A stretch of DNA of 64,000 nt from an uncultured Verrucomicrobiae bacterium. Its GTDB lineage: Bacteria; Verrucomicrobiota; Verrucomicrobiia; Chthoniobacterales; UBA10450. Made by a program: the position numbers and the translations under genes. The notes under the pieces are model-generated. The model saw only the letters and a list, made by a program, of their open reading frames with translations. It did not search any database and was not told the origin of the DNA. The stretch lies in NCBI GenBank assembly GCA_963848215.1, contig CAWKCU010000012.1:16684-80683 (forward strand), given 5' to 3'. This document shows, piece by piece, positions 1 through 9,811 of this stretch (the stretch's first letter is position 1; every line of letters starts with the position of its first letter).

Positions 1-286
1 GGTGTTGCCGACATCGCCTAGCGCTGTCGAGGACTGCGTCTCGAAGCCGACGAGGGGCTAACGAGTGCTCGCACGAAAAAAGTGGCCTGCCGCTGGACGC
101 AGGCCAGCTGCGGGGCGACGCCGTTCATCGGCCAACAGGGCATGGCAAACAGTGCATTCGTGCTAACGGAATGTAAAACGGAAGCAAGCCATATTTGGGA
201 TGGCTCGCGCCTCAGTCATGGCCACATTCGTTTTTACGTAATTCCCGCAACCCGGAATTGCCCACACCCTGCTTTTGCTCTGTCCC

Positions 287-925
287 ATGAAAACGGGCTT
301 CTCCTCCCTCTCCTGCTGCCTTCTCCTTTTCTCTCTCACGGCTGTTATCGGGTCTCTCCGGGCTTCGGATTTCGTTGTCGCCACTCGCCAGGGGACGTTG
401 CTCCAGGCGGCAGCGACAAACGCGCCCCTGCTGCCGGGCGGCTCTCTCACTCTCGCCCCGCACACGCTCGATCTGGCAAGCGCACCAGTCATTGGCTCAA
501 TCAAAACGACGAGCGTTGCCGTACCCGCTTCATCCTTTAGCAGACCAGAGTGTTATGGTGGAGCGTCGGATGCCAGCTACCAACCGGCGATCGATCGCTC
601 ATGGGCGGTGTCCGACGCTCCGGATTTCGAGACAATCCTGGGCTTTGCGGATTCAGCCGATCCCTTAATGCTCGCGCCGTTAACGCCGGTGGCCGAGCCA
701 TCGACCTGGGTTGCGGCTTCGTTCGCTACTCTGTTTCTGGCCTGGCAGAGCCGCCGGTTTGTGACCCGTCGTCGCGCGACTTTCATTGGGAACTGGATCG
801 CCGCGGCCCAGTGTTGGGCGCTCAACATCTCGCGCTGGGCCTCGTTCTTTTCGGCGCTGGCGCGGCGAACCCAACGCGTCGGACACCGAGCGCCACGGTT
901 AATCGCCGCTCGCCAGGCCCTCTGA
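287..925 (+). CDS. secreted protein with PEP-CTERM-like sorting signal
   Basis: ATG at 287 is followed by the signal-peptide-like MKTGFSSLSCCLLLFSLTAVIGSLRA. PVAEPSTWVAASFATLFLAWQSRRFVTRRR (nt 686-775) has the PEP / hydrophobic helix / Arg-cluster layout. The ORF runs about 50 codons past that signal, so the 3' end is uncertain. Confidence 0.5.
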   Translation: MKTGFSSLSCCLLLFSLTAVIGSLRASDFVVATRQGTLLQAAATNAPLLPGGSLTLAPHTLDLASAPVIGSIKTTSVAVPASSFSRPECYGGASDASYQPAIDRSWAVSDAPDFETILGFADSADPLMLAPLTPVAEPSTWVAASFATLFLAWQSRRFVTRRRATFIGNWIAAAQCWALNISRWASFFSALARRTQRVGHRAPRLIAARQAL

Positions 926-942
926 TTCGAGGGCGTTTCCTT

Positions 943-2151
943 TTACGGCGTCGAAGTAGGACTGGGGCTCGGCATTGGTGCCGTAACGGGCGGATTATAT
1001 TCCCAATCCCACGGCATCTTCGTTTCGCCAAAGAGCGAGCTGACCAAAGCCGGGTAAATGATCTCGGCGCGCACACTGTTAGACATGAGCAGAATGCATT
1101 GCTTCTTTGCTTCCACGCAGATCGCCATATTGCCGGTCCAATCATTGTGTCCGCCCTTGAAGAAAGCCGGGCCCTGCGGACTTTTGAAAAGCACGACGCC
1201 CAGCCCCGCGGAGAGACCAATTTTTTCGTTCTCCGGATTCGTCGCCGGTCGAGGGTGGGAAATTGGTGGGCCGAAGTGATGGCAATCTGAGGCCGCAACA
1301 TCTCTCGCCGTGCTTCCGCCGATAATCCTTCTCCGCGCATGAAGCCGGCCAGGAAATTTGCGTAATCCGTAATGGTGCTGTCCATCGAGCCAGCGGCGCG
1401 CACATTGCGACGGGCATCGTGCTTCTCGAGTTTGCCATCGAGAGCGTAGCCATGCGCGACGTTTTCCTGGAAGTCGTCCCGCCAGGTCATGCTGGTGCGA
1501 GTCATGCCGAAGCGCTCGAAAACCCGGCGCTGCATCTCTTTCCCGACGTCCATTCCCAATCCTTCTTCGAGCACGAATTGCATCAGGTTGAAGCCCTCGC
1601 CCGAGTAGGCATAGCGGCTGCCGGGATCGAACTTGAAGTCGAGCTTTTGATCCGGATTCAGGAACCGGAAATTCGGAAAGCCGGGCGTGTGATTCAACAG
1701 CATCCGCGGCGTGAGCGATTTCCAGCGCGCGTCGGCGGAGAGCTCGGCGTATTTGGGATATTCCGGGAGCGGTTTCGGCAGATAGGTCGCGATCGGGTTA
1801 TCGAGGTCGAGCTTCTTTTCGTCCACCAATTGCATGACCATGTAGGCGAACGCCAGCTTGGTGAGCGACGCAGCATACAGAACGGTGTCGGTTTCCAACG
1901 GTTTCTTCTCCTCGACGAACCGCAGGCCATAGCTCTTCACGTAGACGGGACGTCCCTCTTGAATCAGGGCCAGGGCCAATCCCGAGACGCGTTCCTGCGC
2001 CATCTGCTTTTCCACTTCCGCGTCGATCTCGCGCGCGCTCAGACTCTTTCCGTCCAGCCGCCGAATGTTCGGCTCGGGCTCTGCCGCTGTTGCCAGCGAC
2101 CGCGCAAAGCAGTCCAAGACCGAAGATCACGCTGCGGGATGGCATCCTCAT
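943..2151 (-). pseudogene. serine hydrolase, class C beta-lactamase/PBP family (frameshifted; pseudogene or assembly indels)
   Basis: SxxK motif in LYAASLTKLAFAYMV, plus YAYSGEG. The signal peptide MRMPSRSVIFGLGLL (ORF 1798..2151), the body (ORF 822..2117) and the conserved C-terminus LFKSPQGPAFFKGGHNDWTG (ORF 943..1194) lie in three different frames. The indels sit near 2080-2110 and near 1247. Confidence 0.75.
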
Positions 2152-2157
2152 AACTCC

Positions 2158-3497
2158 CTACTTCACCCGCTTGCCGTGCTTCACGACAAGATCGACGCGC
2201 TGAAGCAGATCGATGTAACGCAGCACATCGCCTTTCACCGCGATGATGTCGGCGTATTTGCCTTCGCTCACGGAGCCGTATTCCTTGTCCACTTTCATCT
2301 GCACCGCCGGCCAGTAAGTCGCGGCGCGGATCGCGGTCATCGGATCGACGCCGAGTTTGTTCACCCAGGCGTCGAGCTCTTTCCAGGTGGAGCCGCTGTG
2401 GAATTTCATCGGGATGCCGCTGTCGGTGCCGATGAGCAGGACGACGCCGCTTTCCTGGAGCTGCTTGAATTTGTTCGCCACCGTTTTCGCTCGCAACGGC
2501 GTGATCTGGTAATAGCTGAGCTGCCCCGGCTGCGCGATCGAGGCTTTGATGTCGGCCACGATGTCCGCCGGCACGCCGGCCTGCCACGCGGGATCGTCGA
2601 GCTGCTCCGGATTTTCGAGGAGCGGCTGGTAATTCAGGAAGCCTTCGATGGTCGGACACCAGAAGAGCGGGCCGAGGCTCATCTTCGCCGTGCGTTCCGC
2701 GAGCAACTTCAGCACGTCATCCGGATAACCGGGCGCGGTGGCCAGGCCGGTGTGCTCGAAGCAATCCGCGCCCGCCGCCAGCCCGCGCCGGATTTCCTCG
2801 GGACGATGGCCGTGCGCGACGACCGGCAGCTTGTGCTTGTGCGCTTCGTCCACGATCGCCTTCACTTCCTCCGGCGTCATCTGGTCCTGGTCGATCAGCT
2901 TGATGATGTTCACGCCGGCCTCGGCCAGCTTCTTCACCTTGGCGCGGCCATCCTCGGCGCCTTTCACGCCCCAGCGAAAAGCTTCCGTTCCCGGATACGG
3001 CTCGTGCTGGATGAATGGGCCGGAGACATAAAGCGTCGGTCCCGGGAATCTCGCCGCGCTTGATCCGGTCGCGGACTTCGATGCTTTCCTTCAACGGCGC
3101 GCCGAGGTCGCGCGCGCTCGTTACGCCGGCCAGCAAAAGCTGTTTCGCGGCCGCCGGCATGATCTCGGAGCCGAAACGCGCCGGATAAGTTTTGTCCCAA
3201 TGCTCGTAGTTGCTGTGCCCGAGCAACATCGTGTGGACATGCGCGTCCCAAAGTCCCGGCAACACATCCATCCCCTCGGTCGAAATCACTTCCGCACCGG
3301 CCGGGACCGCCAGTTTTCCCACCTGGCCGATCGCCTTGATCCGGTCGCCCTCGATCAGGATGACGCTGTTCGCCAGCGGCGGCCCGCCGAACCCATCGAT
3401 CAACCGCCCGCCGACGAGTGCGACCGTCGCGGCCTGGGCGGGTTGAAGACTGACGAATAACGCGAGTGCCGCGAATTCTGAAAGAACGTCCGAACAT
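2158..3497 (-). CDS. amidohydrolase family metallo-hydrolase (at least one frameshift)
   Basis: N-half LIDGFGGPPL...PGLWDAHVHT is in ORF 2717..3403. C-half VVAHGH...LIGTDSG...ADIIAVKGD is in ORF 2158..2967. One extra base near 3040 splits GEIPG/PTLYVSGPFIQHEPYPG. The signal-peptide-like LSEFAALALFVSLQPAQA is out of frame with the ATG at 3497. Confidence 0.8.
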
Positions 3498-3540
3498 TCC
3501 GAGTGATAATCAGAAAAGCGATCAGCGAGGAAAAGCCCTA

Positions 3541-3665
3541 AGTGCTATAGCCGCCCCGCTATGCCTGCCGCGCCGTAGCTGAGCGAAGGTGGGTCGGGGC
3601 GCTGTCTTTAGCGAAGCGGCGATCCCACACGGCGATCCCGCAGTGGCGGGACCGTGACCACAGCG
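3541..3665. repeat. REP-like palindromic intergenic repeat, family B copy 1
   Basis: Contains ACACGGCGATCCCGCAGTGGCGGGACCGTG and CTATAGCCGCCCCGC...GGTCGGGGCGC. Near-identical blocks occur at 20219-20265 and 25811-25889. Confidence 0.7.
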
Positions 3666-3760
3666 CTTCTTCTGATCTCCGACTCGACCTCCGGCCTCCG
3701 ACCTCTCCCCTCGACAGCGCACTGCCCCGCGGCGCTACATTGACGTCCCCGCCACACCTT

Positions 3761-5522
3761 ATGCGTTTAAGATTTTTCCTTCCGGCGATCAGCCTGCTGC
3801 TGAGCGGCCTCTCTCTGGCCCAGACCGCCTCCGACATGCCGGCCGCGGATTCGTCGTCGCTCGACTTCAAGCAATGGGGCCTGCTCGCCATCCAGGACGG
3901 CGGGCGGCGTAAACCGGTCGATACCTTCGCGCGCGAGGCGCTGATCAAGATCAGCGGGCGCTCGACCTACTCCTCCAGCGGCAAAAAATGGCAGGGGACC
4001 GATTTCGTTCTCTCGATGCTGCTCGACACGCACGATTGGAAAAGCCAGCCGATGATCCTGGTCTCGCTCGGCGAATTGAAACAGAAGCTCGGGTTGCCCG
4101 AGCAGCAGCGCCGCTTTTCCTTCTCGCAATTGACCGCGCTGCCCGAGCTGAACCGGCTGGCCGGCGAAGCGCACGCGCTCCGCAAGGCGGAGAAGCCGCT
4201 CTCGCGTCTCCAAAGTGAAGTGATGAGCGTGAGCGAGCGGCTCACCCTTTTCGCGAACATCATGAATGGGCACTCGTTCCTTCTCGTGCCCGCCCCCGAA
4301 AAGACGACCGATCCCTGGCTCGTCCCGCCCGCGTTCGCCCAGCACTATAAAGAGGAACAGTTCGCGCCGATCCAGACCCAGTTGCAGACCATGGCGAATG
4401 CCTACGCGAAGGCCGACGGCTTCGCCTTCAGCCGCGCCGGCGAACCAGCTCCGCGACGGCCTCCGCCAGCTCAGCCCAAAGATTTATCCGTCCGAAAAAG
4501 AGCTGCGCCTCGAGTATTTCTACAATCATTTCGACGGCTTCTATCGCGCCGCCTGGGCTTACGGGATCGCGCTATTGCTGCTCGGGATCGCGCATTGGCG
4601 CGCCACGGTGGCCGCCTTCGTGTCGCGCGACGCGTCGGCTGCACCGCGCAGCTACCTGAAAATCGCCGGCGTCCTCATCGCCATCGCCGGCCTGATCTTT
4701 CACGCCGCCGCCATCACCATGCGCTGTATGATCGCCGGCCGCCCGCCCGTCACGAACATGTATGAGTCCATCATCTGGGTCTCGTTCGCCGTCTCGCTCT
4801 TCGGCATGATCTTTTTCGCGCGTTACCGGACGCCCGTTTATCTCCTGGCCGCGCTGCCGGTCTCGCTCCTCTCGCTGCTTCTCGTCCATCAACTGCCGAT
4901 CGCCATGCCGGCGAGCATCGATCCGCTCGTCCCGGTCCTGCGCGATAATTTCTGGCTCACCATCCACGTTCTCACCATCACGCTGAGCTACGCCGCCTTC
5001 GCGCTCGCCATGGGGTTCGGCCACATCCTCCTCTGGCGTTACGCGCGCAATCCCGTCCTGGCCCGCGCCGATCAACCGATGCATTTCTGGCTTTATCGCG
5101 TGCTCCAGCTCGGCGTCATCCTGCTCGCCGCCGGCACCATTCTCGGCGGCGTCTGGGCGAATTATTCCTGGGGCCGCTTCTGGGGCTGGGACCCGAAGGA
5201 AACCTGGGCGCTCATCGCCCTGCTTTGCTACATCCTCACCTTGCACGGCCGCCTCGCCGGCTGGTGGACCCAGTTCGGTCTGGTCGTGGCGAGCGTCGTC
5301 TGTTTCCTCGCCGTCCTCATGGCCTGGTATGGAGTAAACTTCGTCCTCGGCAAAGGCCTGCACAGCTACGGCTTCGGCCTCGGCGGCGAAACTTACGTCG
5401 TCAGTTTCGTCGTCGCCGATCTCCTCTTCGTCGCCTTCGCCACCTGGCGTTACCGCAGCACCAAACCCCCGCGCCCGCCCGCCTCGCCCACCCCCGTCAC
5501 CGCCGAACAGGTCGCAGTTTAG
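3761..5522 (+). CDS. ccsA: cytochrome c biogenesis protein, CcsA/ResC type with N-terminal periplasmic extension (one frameshift)
   Basis: Trp-rich haem-handling motif WGRFWGWDPKETWALI, with many TM helices. ORF 3740..4765 joins ORF 4266..5522 across an indel near 4438 (ADGFAFSRAA/NQLRDGLRQLSPKIYPSEKELRLEYFYN). Confidence 0.8.
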
Positions 5523-5547
5523 CGCCGTACGTAATTGTAGATTTGCC

Positions 5548-5580
5548 CCCTCGTTCCCAAACTCCAGTTTGGGAATCGAG
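5548..5580. repeat. palindromic repeat family A (TTCCCAAACTCCAGTTTGGGAA core)
   Basis: Perfect 10+10 palindrome at 5554-5575. The companion block CTTGTTTTCGAAGCTCTGCTTCGC is at 5647-5670, with a further fragment near 5808-5825. Confidence 0.7.
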
Positions 5581-5881
5581 CCCGCGGGAGCGGTGCAAGA
5601 TGGCCGAAGCCGGCACGGTGAGATCCGGGAGGATCGAAGCAACGCACTTGTTTTCGAAGCTCTGCTTCGCCGCGCGTCCCTTGGGGTTTGCCTCCAAGTT
5701 TAACCGCGGATCACACGGATGACACGGATGAAGAAAGAAATGGCGATTCAGTGATCTCATCTCCCCATCCGCGATATCCGCGTAATCCGCGGTTAAATTT
5801 CTGGGTCTTCGAAGCTCTGCTTCCGCGCACCACTTCGCACAGAGCGATTTGAGCGGAGCACAAGAGCGGAGAGAGTAAGGC

Positions 5882-6812
5882 ATGACTGCGGAACAAACGG
5901 CCGGGGCGGTGCTGATGATCCGGCCCTATCGGTTTTACCCGAATCCCGAGACCGCGGCGGACAATGCGTTTCAGCAATCAGTCGCGACCAGCGAGTTGCC
6001 CGAGATATCAATTCGGGCCCAGCGCGAGTTCGACGCCGCGGTGGGAACGTTGCGTGATGCGGGCGTGACGGTTCACGTCGTCGATGACACGGCCACGCCT
6101 GAGAAACCGGACGCCGTTTTCCCGAACAACTGGTTATCCACGCATCATGATGGCCGCGTGGTGCTCTATCCGATGTACCTCGGCCGCGCGTCGCCGGGAA
6201 CGCCGGCAGGATGTGATCGATGAGCTGCGTAAACACTATCGCATCACCGGCGTGGTCGATTACTCGGCCGGCGAGGAGCAGGGACAATGCCTGGAGGGCA
6301 CGGGCAGCCTGGTGCTCGATCATGCCCATAAGATCGCCTACGCGTCGTTGTCGCAACGCACCCATCCGGAAGTGCTCCAGCGGTTCTGCTCGGACTTTGG
6401 CTACAAACCGGTCACGTTCCGCAGCGCGAGCCAGGATGGCCGGCCGGTTTATCACACGAACGTCATCATGTGTGTCGGCTCGGACTTCGCTCTGATCAGC
6501 CTGGAGATGATCCCGGACGAAGCGGAACGAGAGACCGTCCGGAATCGACTGAAGTCGACCGGGAAGGAAGTGATCGAGCTTGGGGAAGCGCAGATCAACG
6601 AGTTCGCCGGGAACGCCATCGAGCTGCGGGCCGGCGGCGAGAACCGGCTGGTATTATCGGAGCGCGGCGCCGCCGCGCTCACTCCTACTCAGCGCCAGAC
6701 AATTGAAAAGTATGCGCGTCTCCTCCCGCTCTCCCTGCCGACCATCGAGCTGGCCGGCGGCAGCGCCCGTTGCATGATCGCCACGATTCATCTTCCGCGG
6801 CTGACGTCATAA
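5882..6812 (+). CDS. ctlX: amidinotransferase-fold hydrolase, CtlX-like (one frameshift)
   Basis: N-terminus VLMIRPYRFYPNPETAADNAFQQ. C-terminus LPTIELAGGSARCMIA carries the catalytic-Cys context of the arginine deiminase/DDAH superfamily. ORFs 5882..6223 and 6084..6812 join across an indel near 6180-6187 (YPMY..ARRRERRQDVIDEL). Confidence 0.7.
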
Positions 6813-7013
6813 CAAAACCGGCGCCACGCCTTTTGCCTACGACTGGTGCGCGGTGATGTCAGTATCGCGCCAGCCGTCGCCGTCGCCTTGATCTTTCAGT
6901 CTGCGCGTTGGCCTCCGTGCGAGACTTGACCGCTTTAAGCGGTCAAGTTTAGTCGGCGCCGGTTGATCCCCTCGGTGGCCTCATGGCCGGGCTCGTCGGG
7001 CAGCAACCACCCT

Positions 7014-7254
7014 TTACCTTCTTCTGCCGACTGAGCTCCATTTGAGCTGAAACTCGAGCTCCTCTTCGCCGCCCCCACGTTCATGCTCGATGTTAAAGTG
7101 CGCGTCCGCGCCGATGCGCAGCCGTTCCGCGGCGATCTGGATCGTGAAGGGCCGCTTGCTCTCGAGCGCATCCGCTAGCCGGCGCAGCTTGGCCACAAAC
7201 TGCGACCGCGAGTAGGTCCGTTCGAGATCGTGCTTTCTGTTTCCGTTTAGCCAT
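7014..7254 (-). CDS. amphi-Trp domain protein (start region possibly frameshifted)
   Basis: ERTYSRSQFVAKLRRLADALESKRPFTIQIAAERLRI...EEELEFQLKW resembles the amphi-Trp family. The ATG at 7254 (MAKRKQK) is one base out of frame with the body. Confidence 0.5.
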
Positions 7255-7300
7255 GGGTTAGACTCTTGCCCGACTCCGCGAATCTTCAGGTAACTTTCCG

Positions 7301-7437
7301 CCTCCTAGTGCCCAAACTCCAGTTTGGGCACGCCCTTGTCTTCGAAACTCTGTTCCGGCTCCTCGTTCCCAAAGCCTGCCCGCCGTGGTGGGTTGCACTT
7401 GGGAATGCATTTGTCCCCGAAGCTCTGCTTCGCTCCG
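7301..7437. repeat. two tandem copies of repeat family A (second copy degenerate)
   Basis: Copy one is CCTCCTAGTGCCCAAACTCCAGTTTGGGCACGCCCTTGTCTTCGAAACTCTGTTCCG. Copy two is CCTCGTTCCCAAAGCC...CACTTGGGAATGCATTTGTCCCCGAAGCTCTGCTTCGC. Confidence 0.7.
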
Positions 7438-7553
7438 GTTCTCGCATTCTGGCAAGCTTATCGTAAGCGGCTTACGATGCGGCACCTTCCTCAAAAGTGA
7501 AGAAGGCGCCGTGATCCTTGGAAGCCTCAACTCCACGCGACGCAGCGCGCGAG

Positions 7554-7952
7554 TCACGGTTGCAACAGGACCGTGCGCGGCGGCAGCACGCCCATGCGCC
7601 GCGCGAAGGTGTCGGCGATGCTCAGCGCGCGGTTTTTCGCCTCCTCGGCTTTCGGTCCGGAGAAATTCTCGTCGACAGTCGCGAGGAACAACTCCAGCCA
7701 GCGATCGAAGTGCGCCTTCTCTACGGGCAGCACGGCATGCTTTGGAAACGGCGCCCCCTGGTAGGTGCCGGTGCCGAGCAGCATCGTTTCCCAGAAGCTG
7801 TAAAGCGTGGCCATGTGCGAAGGCCAGTCGACCTTCGCCACGTCGTTAAAGATTGGTCCGAGCAGCGCGTCGACCCGCACCTTGCCGTAGAAACGATCTA
7901 CCAGCATCGCTACATCGGCGCTTGTTGCGATGTCCATGTGGCACATTAACAC
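7554..7952 (-). CDS. group III truncated haemoglobin-like globin
   Basis: 132 aa ORF. LVDRFYGKVRVDALLGPIF...DWPSHMATLYSFWETMLLGTGTYQGAPFPKH...FDRWLELF matches the trHb family pattern. Alternative starts are at 7946 and 7937. Confidence 0.7.
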   Translation of the reverse strand: MLMCHMDIATSADVAMLVDRFYGKVRVDALLGPIFNDVAKVDWPSHMATLYSFWETMLLGTGTYQGAPFPKHAVLPVEKAHFDRWLELFLATVDENFSGPKAEEAKNRALSIADTFARRMGVLPPRTVLLQP

Positions 7953-8028
7953 GAAGCGGCGACCTGCGGTATTCGGCCAAACGCGCGGCCGATGTCGTTA
8001 CGCCCACGGTGCGATTCCCTCCCCGTTT

Positions 8029-8087
8029 CCTCGTTCCCAAACTCCAGTTTGAGCACGCACTTGTCTTCGAAACTCTGTTTCGTCGAG
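8029..8087. repeat. repeat family A copy
   Basis: CCTCGTTCCCAAACTCCAGTTTGAGCACGCACTTGTCTTCGAAACTCTGTTTCGTCGAG. Confidence 0.7.
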
Positions 8088-8117
8088 ATTCAACCGGCTA
8101 CCGGATCACGATCCCGT

Positions 8118-9017
8118 TCATTCCGCAGACGGACCCGCTCCAGCAGCCTCTTGCTCTTTCTTCAGCGCCGCTTCAAATGCCGCATGGCCTTTCGCGACGA
8201 ACTCTTTGTAGCCGGCGGCGTCGACGAACACGCGCGGCCCTTCCTTCTCGAGGCGTGGGAGCTTGCTTTTGAGGTCGAAATAACTGCCGTGTGCGCCGAG
8301 GAACAGATCGCACGGGAGCGACTGCAGGACGCGGAAGGTGCGTGCGAAATCCTCCGCGATGCCGGGATACGACGCCTTCTGCTCGCCGGCATCGATCAGG
8401 CGGAAGTCCGACCAGAACATAATGCCGCCGACGATGACCGCGTTGCGCAATCGATCAGCCGGCTCGCCCGGCAGATGAACGGGCAAGGTCCACGTCGTGC
8501 AGCCGCGGGTGTGACCCGCGGTTTTGTGCGCGGTCAGTTTGACTCCGCCGAGCTCGACGGTATCGCCGTCGCGCAAGACCCGGTCGACCTTCGCCGGCGG
8601 GAATGGGGGCACGGCCTTGATCGCGAAGAGGAAGTCGGTGCGGCCGCCGCTTTCCACGACATCGGCGTCGCCTTCCATGACCATGTTCTTCGCGCCGGTC
8701 TCGCGCAGGATCTGGGCTGCGCCGGCCATGTGATCGAAGTGCGCCTGGCTGTTGAGCAGGATTTTCGTGTCCGCCCACTTGAACCCCAGCTTCTCCACGC
8801 TCGCCCGAATCTGCGGCGGCGACGTCTCCAGGTTGGCGTTGATGAGGATATTCCCGGCCGGCGTGGTGACGAGGTATGCCGCCAGGTCCTGGCTGCCGAC
8901 ATAGTAAAGGTTGTCGGCGATCTGGAACGGTGGCAGCGGTGTCGTCCACTCGGGATTCAATTCCGCGAGTGCGGTGAGCGCGAGAAACAGGGTGAAGAAC
9001 GGGAAGAGTCGGCGCAC
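8118..9017 (-). CDS. subclass B3 metallo-beta-lactamase fold protein (Gln variant of first zinc motif)
   Basis: FQIADNLYYVGSQDLAAYLV; SQAHFDH at 8730-8747 in place of HxHxDH; TAGHTRG; LGAHGSYF. I chose the GTG start at 9017 (VRRLFPFFTLFLALTALA signal). The longer ORF to 9203 would overlap the upstream gene. Confidence 0.8.
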   Translation of the reverse strand: MRRLFPFFTLFLALTALAELNPEWTTPLPPFQIADNLYYVGSQDLAAYLVTTPAGNILINANLETSPPQIRASVEKLGFKWADTKILLNSQAHFDHMAGAAQILRETGAKNMVMEGDADVVESGGRTDFLFAIKAVPPFPPAKVDRVLRDGDTVELGGVKLTAHKTAGHTRGCTTWTLPVHLPGEPADRLRNAVIVGGIMFWSDFRLIDAGEQKASYPGIAEDFARTFRVLQSLPCDLFLGAHGSYFDLKSKLPRLEKEGPRVFVDAAGYKEFVAKGHAAFEAALKKEQEAAGAGPSAE

Positions 9018-9069
9018 TGGTTGCAACCGAACGTGAGCGAGCCACAGGTTCCGCACTTTCTTGCCTAGT

Positions 9070-9786
9070 CTAAGCCGCGAGCCGTGGCATCTCATCATAC
9101 GTGCGGCCTCCAAGAAGACGCCCAGTCGTGTGTTTGCGTACTCCACCCCATTGTTTGAAGAAAAACGGCACCTTTTGCTTTCGGCAGGCGGCGTATATCT
9201 CACGCACCCATTGTGTATTCATCGGCCGCGCGCCTGGCCCCGATTCGCCGCCAACGATTACCCAATGGATATTCCTCAAATCGATTCCCGCGAGTGAACC
9301 GATTAGAGGTTCACAAGAGAGGAAGCGTACCGCCGCCGGCACGCAACGTAAGTCGTCGATTCGTCCTAGAGCCGAAGCGTCCTCGACACTGACGCCCATC
9401 CACACATTGCTTGGCCAATCGATCTTTGAAGCTAGTTCGCGTACCCGGCTGCCGCGCTTCGTAAGAATTTGAAAATTGTGCTGCGGACATGCCCGCATCG
9501 TCTCGAACACCTGATGGATGAACAAAAGCGGAACATCTTGATGGAACAGATCGCTCATGGAATTCACGAATATTCGCCGCCCGGTCTTCCACGTCCGCGG
9601 CAAATCAAGCGCATCCGGATGCAGCGTTAGAGCAAAACCATTCGCGTAGCGATGATTGCCCATCGCCTGTAGTCGCTTCGCTAGGCGCTCGGCGTAGCAG
9701 TTTTTGCAGCCAGCACTCACCTTCGTGCACCCGGTCACTGGGTTCCACGTGGCTTCAGTCCATTCGATGTGAGAGTGGTCGGCCAT
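9070..9786 (-). CDS. DUF5131 / phage Gp37-Gp68 family three-Cys-motif protein
   Basis: [27 protein letters not shown] (Cys-x6-Cys-x2-Cys), [48 protein letters not shown] and FFFKQWGG all fit my recollection of the PF07505 consensus. Confidence 0.85.
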   Translation of the reverse strand: MADHSHIEWTEATWNPVTGCTKVSAGCKNCYAERLAKRLQAMGNHRYANGFALTLHPDALDLPRTWKTGRRIFVNSMSDLFHQDVPLLFIHQVFETMRACPQHNFQILTKRGSRVRELASKIDWPSNVWMGVSVEDASALGRIDDLRCVPAAVRFLSCEPLIGSLAGIDLRNIHWVIVGGESGPGARPMNTQWVREIYAACRKQKVPFFFKQWGGVRKHTTGRLLGGRTYDEMPRLAA

Positions 9787-9811
9787 TTAGGAGTCGAGTT
9801 TCTTCAATAGA

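Noticed and set aside
84-105. Hairpin GGCCTGC-N8-GCAGGCC next to an A6 run, terminator-like on the minus strand
   Set aside because: No minus-strand gene lies upstream of it (the neighbour at 287 is on the plus strand). In the plus orientation no U-run follows. There is too little context at the window edge.
5548-8087. Repeated palindromic units as a possible CRISPR array
   Set aside because: The copies are irregularly spaced (hundreds to thousands of nt apart) and separated by real genes. They are partially degenerate, and no cas genes are present. The same holds for repeat families B to E.
9070-9786. Possible prophage, because the family is named after phage proteins Gp37/Gp68
   Set aside because: No integrase, terminase, capsid, tail or lysis genes and no att-like direct repeats are visible around it. 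Only a two-gene cassette is present.
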